A stretch of 64,000 nucleotides of DNA from a phage. Under the pieces are notes generated by a model. That model did no database searches. It saw only the letters and a program-made list of their open reading frames with translations, and had not been told where the DNA came from. A program made the translations under genes and the position numbers. The first letter of the stretch is position 1; each line of letters starts with the position of its first letter. The stretch lies in sequence record PV730300.1. One strand, written 5' to 3'. Shown in pieces: positions 36,585 through 46,946 of this stretch.

Positions 36585-39182
36585 CTAGTGACAGGACGCC
36601 CAGGAATTACCCACATCATACCCAGCAGTAAGCTGAACATTAAGATTGTAAAATTCTCCAGCCTTAGTAACAGCTAAAGCAGCAAGTTCACCTGCCCGAC
36701 TATAAGCTGTAAACCATCCACCTTTGGGAGATTCATGAATGTTAGCCCAAATTTGCCCTGTCTCTTTTTCCTTATTATGCTTCCATTCTTCGACTTTAGC
36801 AAGGCATTCTTTATCAATTTTCTTTTGTTCTTCAGGATCGTCTACTTTCTTCCAACCTAATGATTCAGGTGAAAACCATTTAAATTCTACAAGGTTACGA
36901 GAAACTTCAAGCTGGGCTTCATCGTGATATGCAATCATTTGTTGCACGAAATCTTTATTCTTCCAGTCATCTTTAAAGAAGTCAACACTTAATCCTTCTT
37001 CTTCGATCATGTCGTCATAAATAACCATTGCACGTTTAGCACAGATAACCCCACCACTTTGGAACAGAGAGTTAAGAATCGCGTGAGCAGAACGAGTAGG
37101 AACCTTACGACCGTCAATACCCAAAACATATTGTTTACCAGTCTTAACCCAGAAATCGTTTAAACGTTCTTTAAGACGCGCCAATGGGAATGCAGCTTCC
37201 CAGAAAGCATCGAACACCAATTGACCTGTAAACTTATCGCTACCAATTGTTTTAGCAACCTTGTCGGCTTGTGCACCATAGGTAATACCATACTTAACAG
37301 ATTTAGCAGGACTACGTTCAAATTTACGTCCAATAGTTTCAGTGATACGTTTTGCCATCATTGTGTGAACATCGTTAGGTTTCTCTAACAACAGAGCGTT
37401 ACAATATTCGTGTGGCTCCGGCTCGTACCGCCAACAGTAGTGTGATTCAATTTTTGCTTCCAAAGAGTCGAAGTCGTAGCCGATCTGGAAGTATTTAGGA
37501 ACCTCCACACCAAACAAGTTACGCATCTCCCATCCAAACAAAGATGTGACACGAGGAATATTAGCTACAGATCTATGCTTCATACGAGAGGTTGCAGCAT
37601 CACATGTAGCGGCTGGGGTAGGAATACGACCATCCGCCCTTACTGCGGCTAAGAAACCTTTATCGTATTCTTGATCTTCCTCATCTTCTTCCCAATCAGC
37701 ACCACCACCTAAAATAGAATTCCTACGATGCTTATACGTTAAGTATTCTACAATCTGTGTAGCATAAGGGAATTTCTCACCCAAAGCTTGCAGGTTAGGA
37801 CAGATTTCTTTTTCCTGACCTTTGGTAAAGCATGGGTTAGTCAATACTTTAAGACCGCGACCTTTACCTTTTGCTATACGCTCTTGAATCTTCCTCTCCA
37901 AGGTTTCCGGTGTGCACTCCAGATGATCACAACGATCCTGACAAAAATTAGAAGATAGAGTTTGCTCAACGTAAGCTCGAATACCTTTCTGAAGTTCTTC
38001 CTCGCTCTTTTTAATCTTGGTGCCAGATTTAAGAGTCAAGTCTTTATCTTTATATTCAGACGGTACCCAACCTAATCCTACAAGCCAGTTTTTAATATGG
38101 GTAGTATCGTTCAATGTTGCAGGTATGTTAGGATCACACAAAGGCTCATCTGCTGCAACTGGCAGTTTCCACTCTTTCCCCAACATCACTAACCACCAAT
38201 CTCCATCCCTCTCTTCCAAATGACCATCATGTTTCTTAGCAAAATTGATCATATGGTTAGTTGGCTCTAAGTTCTTTTTAATTTGCAACTTAGGTGGAAT
38301 AAAAGCCTTAAGATAACCTTTTGTTGCTGGTTTAGGTGGCAAAATAGGCTCAACGAGTAAACGAAGACGCTCCATTTCTGCATCCAAAAAAGCAAGGTTC
38401 TCTTCTGCTTGCTTCATGTTAAAAGCAAACCCACGGTGTTCCTGGCGTGTAATAATGTCTGCTACACGTTGTTCAAGTTCAAATGGACCTTCCCATTTAT
38501 CATAATCGCCCCATTCTTCCATAAGGTAATTATATACGCTCGTATTGGCTTTGTTGTCATAGATACAGTAATAAAGCATATCCGCAGCAAAAGTCTTAAA
38601 TCGATCTTCTTCTGGAATCTCTTTACGGAAATCTATTTTTACATCACCACCTGCCTTTCGAGAAAGTGCTGCCAAACTATGTCCTGATTTGCCCTCAATC
38701 TTTCGATCTGGGTTTAACACTTTACTCAAAATCAAGGAGTCAATAAGTTTTACCTTATTTTTGCCCCACGTGTTATATTTAACACTGTAATCTAAGCCAT
38801 AAAACAGTTTTGTAGCCAACCAGTCGTAGTTGATACCGTTGTGAGCCACAGCCATTTCAACCAGATATTCAGGCTTATCTTTAAAATAACCTTCATGATT
38901 AATAAAGTCTGGGAAATCTTTTAGTTGAAAATGTGTGTAATCTTGCGCCACATATTCTTTAAGAACATATGTGTATTTACCATCTGACTCTTCATAAGGA
39001 CGCCCATCAAAGATGTATTTAGGGCCATCGTGGAAAGCTACTATTTCTCCTGTTTCATGGTTCTCTAAGACAATACAGTGCATTTGAAATGTGTCTTTGA
39101 GACGATAAGGACTAGCTAAATAATCGATAGTGTCATTATTCAACAATCCGTTTGCTTCAATATCCCATGTAAACTTACTCAC
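36585..39182 (-). CDS. DNA polymerase, family A, with 3'-5' exonuclease domain
   Basis: Exo motif DIEANGL; Pol A motifs A (DFDSLEAK), B (RSPAKSVKYGITYGA) and C (YHDE). Confidence 0.85.
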   Translation of the reverse strand: MSKFTWDIEANGLLNNDTIDYLASPYRLKDTFQMHCIVLENHETGEIVAFHDGPKYIFDGRPYEESDGKYTYVLKEYVAQDYTHFQLKDFPDFINHEGYFKDKPEYLVEMAVAHNGINYDWLATKLFYGLDYSVKYNTWGKNKVKLIDSLILSKVLNPDRKIEGKSGHSLAALSRKAGGDVKIDFRKEIPEEDRFKTFAADMLYYCIYDNKANTSVYNYLMEEWGDYDKWEGPFELEQRVADIITRQEHRGFAFNMKQAEENLAFLDAEMERLRLLVEPILPPKPATKGYLKAFIPPKLQIKKNLEPTNHMINFAKKHDGHLEERDGDWWLVMLGKEWKLPVAADEPLCDPNIPATLNDTTHIKNWLVGLGWVPSEYKDKDLTLKSGTKIKKSEEELQKGIRAYVEQTLSSNFCQDRCDHLECTPETLERKIQERIAKGKGRGLKVLTNPCFTKGQEKEICPNLQALGEKFPYATQIVEYLTYKHRRNSILGGGADWEEDEEDQEYDKGFLAAVRADGRIPTPAATCDAATSRMKHRSVANIPRVTSLFGWEMRNLFGVEVPKYFQIGYDFDSLEAKIESHYCWRYEPEPHEYCNALLLEKPNDVHTMMAKRITETIGRKFERSPAKSVKYGITYGAQADKVAKTIGSDKFTGQLVFDAFWEAAFPLARLKERLNDFWVKTGKQYVLGIDGRKVPTRSAHAILNSLFQSGGVICAKRAMVIYDDMIEEEGLSVDFFKDDWKNKDFVQQMIAYHDEAQLEVSRNLVEFKWFSPESLGWKKVDDPEEQKKIDKECLAKVEEWKHNKEKETGQIWANIHESPKGGWFTAYSRAGELAALAVTKAGEFYNLNVQLTAGYDVGNSWASCH

Positions 39183-39976
39183 TATTCCTCCTTTCTAATG
39201 TTCTCCAGAACCCACTGAAGTTCTTTTAAACTTAAACTTCTTACTCCCGCAGTTTTACTAGCTTCAGCTTTAAGTAACGGGTAAGCCTCAATGATACGCG
39301 TTTTAAGATCAGAAGTCAAGGCTTTTAAAAAATAGGTAGATGCTTCAGATAAAGAATCTTCTTCTGATAACACTTTACCTGCACTTGCTCCCGCTCTCCT
39401 AACAGCTATATCGTAGTCTTTACTGTTACCTAATACGAATAATCGATTCTCTCCTAAAACAACGGGAGAACGCTTCTCGTTGCGTTTAATCCATACCTGG
39501 AATACACAAGGAACATCCCAAGGTTCTCCATGAAGAATAAAAGATCCTTTTGGACATTCTTCTTCGTAAAGAAGATGCATATGGGGATTTAGTTTGTGTG
39601 CAAAAAAGATTTTTTGAAATGTGCGAGGCAAGATAAAACAAATACCACCTTCGTTATCCAGCATTTCAGCACAATGGTTAAAGAATTTAATGGCAAGACT
39701 AGCATTTTTTCCAAAAGGAGGATTACCGACAAAAGCAGTTACACTACCAACAGACTCAACAGATTGAGCTAAAAAATCTGCCTCAATACAATCTTCAAAC
39801 TTAGGGTCAATATCAAAAGAAGTTATGTTTTTAAAACAAGAAGAGAAAGCTCCTTCTCCCGCAGATGGTTCTACGTAGTTAGCTTCCTCTCCAAAAATTT
39901 CTTTGATCTTATCACATAAGAACCCCGCATAAGCGGGGTTAGTGTAATATTGATCAAGTGTGTTCAACTTGCTCAA
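39182..39976 (-). CDS. DNA methyltransferase (amino-methyltransferase, NPPF catalytic motif)
   Basis: SAM-binding motif VEPSAGEGAF followed by NPPFG; no adjacent restriction endonuclease gene seen. Confidence 0.65.
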   Translation of the reverse strand: MSKLNTLDQYYTNPAYAGFLCDKIKEIFGEEANYVEPSAGEGAFSSCFKNITSFDIDPKFEDCIEADFLAQSVESVGSVTAFVGNPPFGKNASLAIKFFNHCAEMLDNEGGICFILPRTFQKIFFAHKLNPHMHLLYEEECPKGSFILHGEPWDVPCVFQVWIKRNEKRSPVVLGENRLFVLGNSKDYDIAVRRAGASAGKVLSEEDSLSEASTYFLKALTSDLKTRIIEAYPLLKAEASKTAGVRSLSLKELQWVLENIRKEE

Positions 39977-39985
39977 TAGTCCTCC

Positions 39986-40417
39986 TTAGTTGTTAGCGAA
40001 CTCAATAGTGAGGTCAACTTTACCATCATCAGAAATAACCATGTTTTTAGTATTTTTAAAGATGATATCTACTTTACCTTCACTTACACGACAGAAGGCA
40101 ACACCATCTGCAACTTTATCGATATAATATTTGTAAGAAAGAATACCCACTTTACTACGACCAGCACCTTTTGTGAAAGAAGGGCTTACATCGAAACGGA
40201 AACCTTTGGAAGAAACAACACGGTAAGAACGTCCAGTTGGGATATGTTCAATAACAGAAACATTGTTCTCAACAACTTTTACAGCAAACTCTTCAGGATG
40301 ATCCTCAACAATCATATGTGGGATGGCAAATGCCAACGCTTGTTTGTGTTTAATAACACCAGCACCCAGAGCACCAGCAGCTTTAACTTTTGCATTCAGA
40401 TCGATTGTCATACGCAT
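39986..40417 (-). CDS. Hypothetical protein
   Basis: 143 aa ORF between primase-helicase and methyltransferase. Confidence 0.4.
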   Translation of the reverse strand: MRMTIDLNAKVKAAGALGAGVIKHKQALAFAIPHMIVEDHPEEFAVKVVENNVSVIEHIPTGRSYRVVSSKGFRFDVSPSFTKGAGRSKVGILSYKYYIDKVADGVAFCRVSEGKVDIIFKNTKNMVISDDGKVDLTIEFANN

Positions 40418-40509
40418 TTTTACTTCTCCTCTTGTTTGGTTGATGAGACAAGTATAAGTCCCTTCCGCAAAGTTGTCAACAGGTATTTTTAATAAAAGGG
40501 CCGAAGCCC

Positions 40510-42288
40510 TTAATAGTTGCTATCCGTAGGCAAATTAGCAGGATTGTTGAAATACTGCTCTTTGTCATGCAGAGTTGCAGTTCTAATGTCATAGTAAAAC
40601 TGCCCTGCCGGACCAGTTTCCGAGAACTCACGGTTTTTTAGGATAAAGCAATGAGTCGTATTTCGTTCTACAGGGTCTTCAGCGGCTTTATCTCGTTCCA
40701 AAGCCAAGGTAATACCAGCGCCTTTAGCCAAGAAACTACTACCCATTGCATCGTCCTCTGTTAAGTGTTCATTGCCACCATTAGCCGATTTCTTAACGTG
40801 TGAGATGACGATAATAGTTATAGCATACTCTTTCATGATGCGCTTCAACCATGTTGCTAACTCTTCCTGGGCTTGAACATCCATACCAGAAAGCAAATCA
40901 GAATAAGGGTCGATAACAAGAATTGTTACTCCAAAATAGATGATCATCTCCAAAACTTTTTCTTTGATAGACTCCACATCTGCTCCACGATCATCACACA
41001 CATAAAAACGTGGTGATCCATCTTCTCTTTCGTAAAAATCTAGGATTTTTTCTTTATTCTCTTCCAGGATTTGAAATTTCTCTTCCGGTGTTTTCCTATG
41101 TAGAGGAATATGCAGGAACGAGGACAACAGGTTACGAGAATATTTCTTATAAGTTGCTTCCAATGACAGAATACCAAGAGTATGTTCTGGGTGTGCAACG
41201 ATAATATGTTTGGTGATCTCATTCACCATCAAAGTTTTACCGATACTGGTCTTTGCCAGAATGACTGTAATCTCTTCCTCTACTAAACCACCACCCAGCA
41301 TATTTGCAGCAACACGCATAAAAGGAGGCAAGGTAATCATCTTGGATTCCAAGCATTCTAATGCAGCTTCATACAAGACATTAGAAGCATAAACACCTGC
41401 TGGGGTGTATAGACGAGCACTCCAAAAAGCTTTTACGAAATCCTTTGCACGACCTTCTTCCAGATACTGATTGGCATCCTTAAGATCCATCTGCATACGG
41501 TAGACTTTGTTACGAGGCAACACCTTAACAATATTTTCAAATGCCTCATTACCCGCTTTGTCATTATCCATGCAAACAATAATCTTCTTAAATTTTTCAA
41601 AGAAAGGATATTGTGCCTGAACTTGTTTATACATACTGGTTTCACCAGTTGTGCCACTAACTACTGCTGGAAGTTCATATTTGTTGTCCAAGTTTTCAGA
41701 CAGCATTTGATAAGCTGCCAGAGCATCGTGTTCACCACCTGTAATTACCACAGTATGAGAACGGTCTGCAAAACGAATTTGTCCAAAAAGATCTACATCT
41801 TTACCTACTTGACCAATAGGTTTACTGAAATCTTTAGGATGGATACGACGCTTAAAACCAACCAATTCTTTACCGATGGTAGTTGGATATAAACAACTTT
41901 CTACTACCATCTGATCCCCTTCCTGACGGTATTCATAACGAACACCATAGAAAGATGAAACTTTTTCTTTAATGCCTCGATAACCACGTGGGTTGGTTGA
42001 TGTTTCTTGAACAATTTTACGATGAATCTGTTTATTAAATTCCGAACCCACAATCTCCTCCTCTTCTTCTAAAACTTCACCATTTTCTCGTAACCATTCT
42101 ACGCTAGGAATAGTGTATTCACACGCAAAGCACTTAGCACCTTTATGCTCTCCATTAGAATCTAATCCATAAACCATCAAGTTATTACGAGAGCGATCCT
42201 TGCCATTTTTCATGCAGCGCGGACAACCTGTATGCCCTTCCTTGCTAAGATCAACATCAAATCCATATTTAGTTATAATGTGCGACAC
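40510..42288 (-). CDS. DNA primase-helicase (T7 gp4-like bifunctional)
   Basis: N-terminal zinc-binding CPRCMKNG...KCFACE; C-terminal Walker A AKTSIGKT. Confidence 0.8.
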   Translation of the reverse strand: MSHIITKYGFDVDLSKEGHTGCPRCMKNGKDRSRNNLMVYGLDSNGEHKGAKCFACEYTIPSVEWLRENGEVLEEEEEIVGSEFNKQIHRKIVQETSTNPRGYRGIKEKVSSFYGVRYEYRQEGDQMVVESCLYPTTIGKELVGFKRRIHPKDFSKPIGQVGKDVDLFGQIRFADRSHTVVITGGEHDALAAYQMLSENLDNKYELPAVVSGTTGETSMYKQVQAQYPFFEKFKKIIVCMDNDKAGNEAFENIVKVLPRNKVYRMQMDLKDANQYLEEGRAKDFVKAFWSARLYTPAGVYASNVLYEAALECLESKMITLPPFMRVAANMLGGGLVEEEITVILAKTSIGKTLMVNEITKHIIVAHPEHTLGILSLEATYKKYSRNLLSSFLHIPLHRKTPEEKFQILEENKEKILDFYEREDGSPRFYVCDDRGADVESIKEKVLEMIIYFGVTILVIDPYSDLLSGMDVQAQEELATWLKRIMKEYAITIIVISHVKKSANGGNEHLTEDDAMGSSFLAKGAGITLALERDKAAEDPVERNTTHCFILKNREFSETGPAGQFYYDIRTATLHDKEQYFNNPANLPTDSNY

Positions 42289-42300
42289 TTTGTTCTCCTG

Positions 42301-42579
42301 TTAAAATGGTTCGTTAGTCTCCATCATATATTCTGCTTCTAGTTCTTCCATGTGCTTTCTAAATTGGAAAGCAATTTCTGCTACAGTTACATTTAAATCT
42401 TTTTCAAAAACTTCTGTAGAGCCTTCGTAAAAACGAATACCGTCAATTAAAAGCCCTCCGTGGTAATCCCAATCACTTTCACGAGAAAGCGGGTTAGGCT
42501 CTTCATAATAGTAATCCACCTCCACGACTAAAGCTTTCCCGTTACGAGTGGTGTATTCAAAATCAAAAGTGTTAATCAT
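42301..42579 (-). CDS. Hypothetical protein
   Basis: 92 aa acidic ORF. Confidence 0.4.
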   Translation of the reverse strand: MINTFDFEYTTRNGKALVVEVDYYYEEPNPLSRESDWDYHGGLLIDGIRFYEGSTEVFEKDLNVTVAEIAFQFRKHMEELEAEYMMETNEPF

Positions 42580-43523
42580 TATAGCTCCTCAAATAAAAGT
42601 CTACGACGCTCATTCAACACATCAATGTGATAATGAGTCCTGACATACTTAGCTAATGCTAATCCTTTCTCCATGCAAACATCGGGAGCACTTAATAAGT
42701 ATTCCGTAATATCTTTCCACTCGGAAGGTGTTTCAGCAAAGAATAACAGATCTTTAAACTCTTGTGTATGATAATTCTCACGAGGAGAACAGATCAAAGG
42801 TAAACCCTTAGCACCTGCCTCAAGAATTTTAAGATTGCTTTTTGCATTATTAAACACGTTATCAATCAATGGCGCAAGACTGATTTGATGACCATCGTAA
42901 GATTCCATGTAGTTGGCATATGGTCTTACACCTTCATAAACACAAGTTGGTGCTACATTTTCCCTGATTACAGACCATTCACGACTACTTAAAACTTCAG
43001 AATCCCTACGAAAACCACATATTGTAAGATCTTTACCAAAATCGGGCAAGATAGCCAAATCTTGTTTATGTGTTTCACTTCCAGCCCAGACTAATGGAGT
43101 TTTGGAGTAGCGATCACGGGTCAACACAAATTGACCTTCATCGTAAGGAAGTCCATTAGGGATTATGTGCACATTATCATTGTATTGTGAAAGTTCAACT
43201 TGCAAGGCAGGTGTCGTAGTTGTAACAAGGTCACTGTGCTCTAAAAACCATTTTAAATGTTCACGAATACCTGATTCAAAAATACCTTCTAACATGTGTC
43301 CTTTTGGAATAACTAAAGAGTCATCCAAATCCATAACCATTTTAAAGCCTAGGTTTTTAAGGGCTAAAAAGCCCTCTTTACCTTTTGTTGGCACTCCGTT
43401 AAAAACGAAAACGTTGTGTTTAGGTTGTGAAGAGAACTGCCTTGAGTAAGGCAGCACTACCCTATGGAAATCGCAGACACTATAATTGATTCCGTTACGA
43501 TTGTCAAGAATTATTTGTCCCAT
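42579..43523 (-). CDS. Glycosyltransferase, GT-B fold (paralog 1)
   Basis: 314 aa; KSNLKILEAGAKGLPLICS resembles the GT-B E-x7-E/ILEA motif region; paralogous to adjacent gene. Confidence 0.55.
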   Translation of the reverse strand: MGQIILDNRNGINYSVCDFHRVVLPYSRQFSSQPKHNVFVFNGVPTKGKEGFLALKNLGFKMVMDLDDSLVIPKGHMLEGIFESGIREHLKWFLEHSDLVTTTTPALQVELSQYNDNVHIIPNGLPYDEGQFVLTRDRYSKTPLVWAGSETHKQDLAILPDFGKDLTICGFRRDSEVLSSREWSVIRENVAPTCVYEGVRPYANYMESYDGHQISLAPLIDNVFNNAKSNLKILEAGAKGLPLICSPRENYHTQEFKDLLFFAETPSEWKDITEYLLSAPDVCMEKGLALAKYVRTHYHIDVLNERRRLLFEEL

Positions 43524-43530
43524 ACTTCAC

Positions 43531-44478
43531 CTACAAACTTTCAATAACCTGGCGTCGCAATTCGTTTGCATCTGCCAGATTGTAGTGTGTTCGAACATGT
43601 TCCGCTAAGAACAAGCCACGATCTTCCCGATAGTTTGGATTGCGAAGAAGCTTAACAATTTCGTAATGCCATTCTGCTTTATTCTCTGCGTAAGCAACAG
43701 CACGAGCATCTACAGGGTTAAAATAAGGTAACACCTTAGAACAAACAATCGGAATACCTTTTGCCCCAGCTTCCAGGATTTTGAGATTACTTTTGCAATT
43801 ATTAAAATCATTATCTACCAAAGGAGCTATAGCAATAGCATGACTTTCGTAAACACTCATGTAATTATCTAAATCTTTTACAGCAGCTTTATATTTGGCA
43901 TTTGGTAAATTTCTGCGAATCTTAATCCACTCTTGTCCCGTGATGCTCTGCGATGCTTCATATCCCGCAATAGTAAGAAGTTCATCATCGAAAGTATTAG
44001 AGACTAGTCGTAAATCGGGTTCGTGACTAGCACCGCCAGCCCATACAACAGGGGTACCGGATGAACGATCATTTGACAAAGTGAATTGTCCACTATCAAA
44101 AGGAAGTGCATTTCGGATCACAACAACATTCCTATTTAAGTGACGGATCTTATATGCCAAGTATTCCGTAGTCACAATAACCACATCAGCAAGTTTAACC
44201 ATAGCCACAATAGCATGAGTGTTTGACTCGTATAGACTTGCTAAATAATGTTCTGGATTAAGTTGGTAGAAATCATCTAAATCTACAACAATCTTAACAC
44301 CTTGACGTTTCAAAGATAAAACGTATTCTGCACCTTTAGAGTGGATACGGTTAAACACAACAACATCTTTCTTAGGTTGAAGATTATGGTTGTTAAATGG
44401 CATAACAATACGATGATAGTCACAACCGCTGTGAGGTTTTGCATCAATTTTTAGTTTAGACCATTTTTTATTTGACAT
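43531..44478 (-). CDS. Glycosyltransferase, GT-B fold (paralog 2)
   Basis: 315 aa; shares blocks with paralog 1 (CDYHRIVMPF / CDFHRVVLPY; NNCKSNLKILEAGAKGIPIVCS). Confidence 0.55.
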   Translation of the reverse strand: MSNKKWSKLKIDAKPHSGCDYHRIVMPFNNHNLQPKKDVVVFNRIHSKGAEYVLSLKRQGVKIVVDLDDFYQLNPEHYLASLYESNTHAIVAMVKLADVVIVTTEYLAYKIRHLNRNVVVIRNALPFDSGQFTLSNDRSSGTPVVWAGGASHEPDLRLVSNTFDDELLTIAGYEASQSITGQEWIKIRRNLPNAKYKAAVKDLDNYMSVYESHAIAIAPLVDNDFNNCKSNLKILEAGAKGIPIVCSKVLPYFNPVDARAVAYAENKAEWHYEIVKLLRNPNYREDRGLFLAEHVRTHYNLADANELRRQVIESL

Positions 44479-45151
44479 GTGCTAGTGCCTCCTCATAGGA
44501 AATTCGGATTTTCCCATTTTTAATATCCTCTAAAGATGCTTTATATTCTTCCCAGTTAATCCCGATAGCAGCTTCTTTCTCTTCTTTTGTCAGATTAGCA
44601 AAAGGCATAGGATTGTTTCCAAAAACATCGTCTGGGTGGATATAAGCCATGATACGAAGTGGACAAGGTGTTGCCTGAATACCATGATTCAAACCAGCAG
44701 CTTTCAAACGGTGTCCCCATTCGGCATCTTCAAAACCATAACCGTGAGTGTAAGGGCGGAAATAACCCATCTTCTCAACAACGGCACGAGAATACATTGC
44801 AAATTGACACATTGCAAGTTCCCAGAGAATAACTTCTCCTTTGCTTCCAACAACTTTATCTTTGAAGTACTCCGGCATACCAAAGAAATCCCATCCTCCA
44901 GAAACAGCCTGATCTACAAAATATGTTTCCCATCCTTCCATGACTGGGTAGCAATCATCGTCAAAAATAAACCAATAATCATAACCTTCTTCATAGAACT
45001 GGTGCATAAGTTCATTCCTGGCATAAGCTACACCTTTACGATCTGGATCGTTGAATACTCGAAAATCTGCACGTGGATCTGTTACAAGGTAGTCTTTAAG
45101 TGGACGGACACCTACAGTGATAACACCCACTCCGATTTTAATATTTTCCAT
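44468..45151 (-). CDS. Glycosyltransferase, GT-A fold (galactosyltransferase-like)
   Basis: FIFDDDCYP (DxD-type) and GYGFEDAEWGHRL resembling the W-G-x-G-x-E-D motif of GT-A galactosyltransferases. Confidence 0.5.
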   Translation of the reverse strand: MENIKIGVGVITVGVRPLKDYLVTDPRADFRVFNDPDRKGVAYARNELMHQFYEEGYDYWFIFDDDCYPVMEGWETYFVDQAVSGGWDFFGMPEYFKDKVVGSKGEVILWELAMCQFAMYSRAVVEKMGYFRPYTHGYGFEDAEWGHRLKAAGLNHGIQATPCPLRIMAYIHPDDVFGNNPMPFANLTKEEKEAAIGINWEEYKASLEDIKNGKIRISYEEALAHVK

Positions 45152-45159
45152 TTTCTCTC

Positions 45160-45723
45160 CTAAATAGTTTTACTGTGATCATGACAGTGTAATAAATGAT
45201 GTATAGACCGTTGAGGATTTGTTTGACCTAATCTGTAAATGTGAAACAGATACATTCCCCGCATCAATCCTAACCTCTTTCCTTTTTCATGTAAAGTGCG
45301 AGAGAAAATTAAGTCAAATTGGATAGATTTTTCTTCGAAAGGAATTTCATTCCACAGTGATTTCCTAAAAAGCAAAAAGAAACCAGCTAAAGGTGTTCCA
45401 AAAGGAACTTCTTCAACGTTTGTTTTATGATATTCCCGTGCAATTTTAGCATATTCTATGTGATTTAGAATGTCTGGGTCATCATTAATTTGGTTAGAGA
45501 AAAGCTGATAACCACTACCCAGCCTATTACAAGTTGCACCTATTACATCAAAAGGTGGGTTTGACATAATAAGCTCTTCAAGCATAGATGGTTGATCAGG
45601 TAGGAGGAACATTGTATCGGTATCTCTTAAACACACCCAACTATCATCTGGAAGAACGGCAATAGCTTCATTAATAGCCTTGCCGATATTTCCTGTCAGA
45701 TAGGGAGTAATATAATAAATCAT
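45160..45723 (-). CDS. Putative glycosyltransferase-like protein (GT-A-like, weak)
   Basis: 187 aa; LRDTDTMFL acidic motif; adjacent to three glycosyltransferase genes. Confidence 0.35.
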   Translation of the reverse strand: MIYYITPYLTGNIGKAINEAIAVLPDDSWVCLRDTDTMFLLPDQPSMLEELIMSNPPFDVIGATCNRLGSGYQLFSNQINDDPDILNHIEYAKIAREYHKTNVEEVPFGTPLAGFFLLFRKSLWNEIPFEEKSIQFDLIFSRTLHEKGKRLGLMRGMYLFHIYRLGQTNPQRSIHHLLHCHDHSKTI

Positions 45724-45739
45724 TCTCCCCTCCGTTATA

Positions 45740-45931
45740 TTAACTGTCAGCTACAATCCCACGTTTAATCATTTCTTGTTGGATTTGGATCACACGATCT
45801 CGTGCTTCCATATATTCTTTAAAAGATTCTTGAAGATGGTCACGAGCTACGTCTCGTAGCTTAATCAGTTTGTCGTTTGTCACTTCTTGAAGAGAGATTT
45901 CGCCAGTTTCATTGGTCCCAAGCGTTTTCAT
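45740..45931 (-). CDS. Hypothetical small protein
   Basis: 63 aa ORF. Confidence 0.3.
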   Translation of the reverse strand: MKTLGTNETGEISLQEVTNDKLIKLRDVARDHLQESFKEYMEARDRVIQIQQEMIKRGIVADS

Positions 45932-46187
45932 TTACAACCTCCTTAATAGCTACTGCACAGTTCTTACAAATACATTGACCTTTGTTCTTAGAAATTTCAA
46001 TGTAAGGTTCATTTTCGTTTTCTCCGCGTCGTGAGTCGTATATTACTGTATTGAAGCAGACAACGCAAATGTTTTTAATAACGACATATTTTTGCACTTT
46101 CTGTTTAGTGCGAAAATTGACTTCAATGACTTCTCCCATCAGTGAATCTCCCCTAAAATGTTGTTTTGAGACATTACTGCGGAGCAT
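45909..46187 (-). CDS. Small zinc-binding protein
   Basis: Cys pairs CVVCF...CICKNC; start uncertain. Confidence 0.35.
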   Translation of the reverse strand: MLRSNVSKQHFRGDSLMGEVIEVNFRTKQKVQKYVVIKNICVVCFNTVIYDSRRGENENEPYIEISKNKGQCICKNCAVAIKEVVNENAWDQ

Positions 46188-46423
46188 TCTACAGCATCAT
46201 GAGTCCTTGCAAAACGCTCCCACAACACAGCATCTACTTTAAGAACCATACAAGGATAAATACTGTCGTTGATCATATCAATGCTATATTTATCTACATC
46301 CTTTTCATCTTCCATAAACAAAGTAGCGTATGCTTCTAAATGCTTACGGGTGTAGTATACATCCTCTTCGGTAAGACCGACAACCAGGTAACTTGCTACA
46401 ACAACAGTATTATCTTCTTGCAT
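46139..46423 (-). CDS. Hypothetical protein
   Basis: Likely starts at internal ATG (MQEDNT...) just after upstream stop. Confidence 0.35.
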   Translation of the reverse strand: MQEDNTVVVASYLVVGLTEEDVYYTRKHLEAYATLFMEDEKDVDKYSIDMINDSIYPCMVLKVDAVLWERFARTHDAVECSAVMSQNNILGEIH

Positions 46424-46424
46424 T

Positions 46425-46946
46425 TTAACTCCCCTTTGGTAGATAGAAACCATGCACTTTATCTCGATAAACAAGACGCATATCACGTTCCCAGTGTGTC
46501 CTTATATTCCGTTTCTTGAAGTATAGAGCACCTTTAGTAACATCTAAAACAGACCGCAATTCAGGAAAATGTTTCTCTAAATAAAGTAAACGCTCCGCTA
46601 TTGCTTTTGCTTCCTGCCACTTATCTTTCTCTGTTACGTTAAAAGTTTTCGCATATGAGAATTGTCCTTTCTGGAACAAGACTCCTCTGACTGTGTTAGG
46701 GAAGTAGGTATCATTTCTTCTGTTGATTACCACATTCCCAACGGCATTCATTCCTTTTTTACCCAGACCGCGACCTTCTGCGTAAATTGCACAAGCTAAT
46801 AGAATTTTATCATTATATTGCTTTGTACATTTGTGAACTACTTTAGCGGTTTTTACGTTTGCAGCTTCGGCTTTCGCCACAACAGGTGTAAATGTAAAAG
46901 CAGTTAAGGATAGTAACGCAACTGTTACAAAGTTTTTTATCAGCAA
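46425..46946 (-). CDS. Secreted cell-wall hydrolase (SleB/CwlJ-type), candidate endolysin
   Basis: N-terminal signal-like sequence ending AKA-EA; LLACAIYAEGRG...VGNVVINR resembles the SleB/CwlJ hydrolase signature; TTG start with AAGGAGG SD. Confidence 0.55.
   Translation of the reverse strand: MLIKNFVTVALLSLTAFTFTPVVAKAEAANVKTAKVVHKCTKQYNDKILLACAIYAEGRGLGKKGMNAVGNVVINRRNDTYFPNTVRGVLFQKGQFSYAKTFNVTEKDKWQEAKAIAERLLYLEKHFPELRSVLDVTKGALYFKKRNIRTHWERDMRLVYRDKVHGFYLPKGS

Noticed and set aside
44636-45163. 175-aa plus-strand ORF inside the GT-A glycosyltransferase gene
   Set aside because: Antisense to a gene with clear DxD and FEDAEW motifs; no SD.
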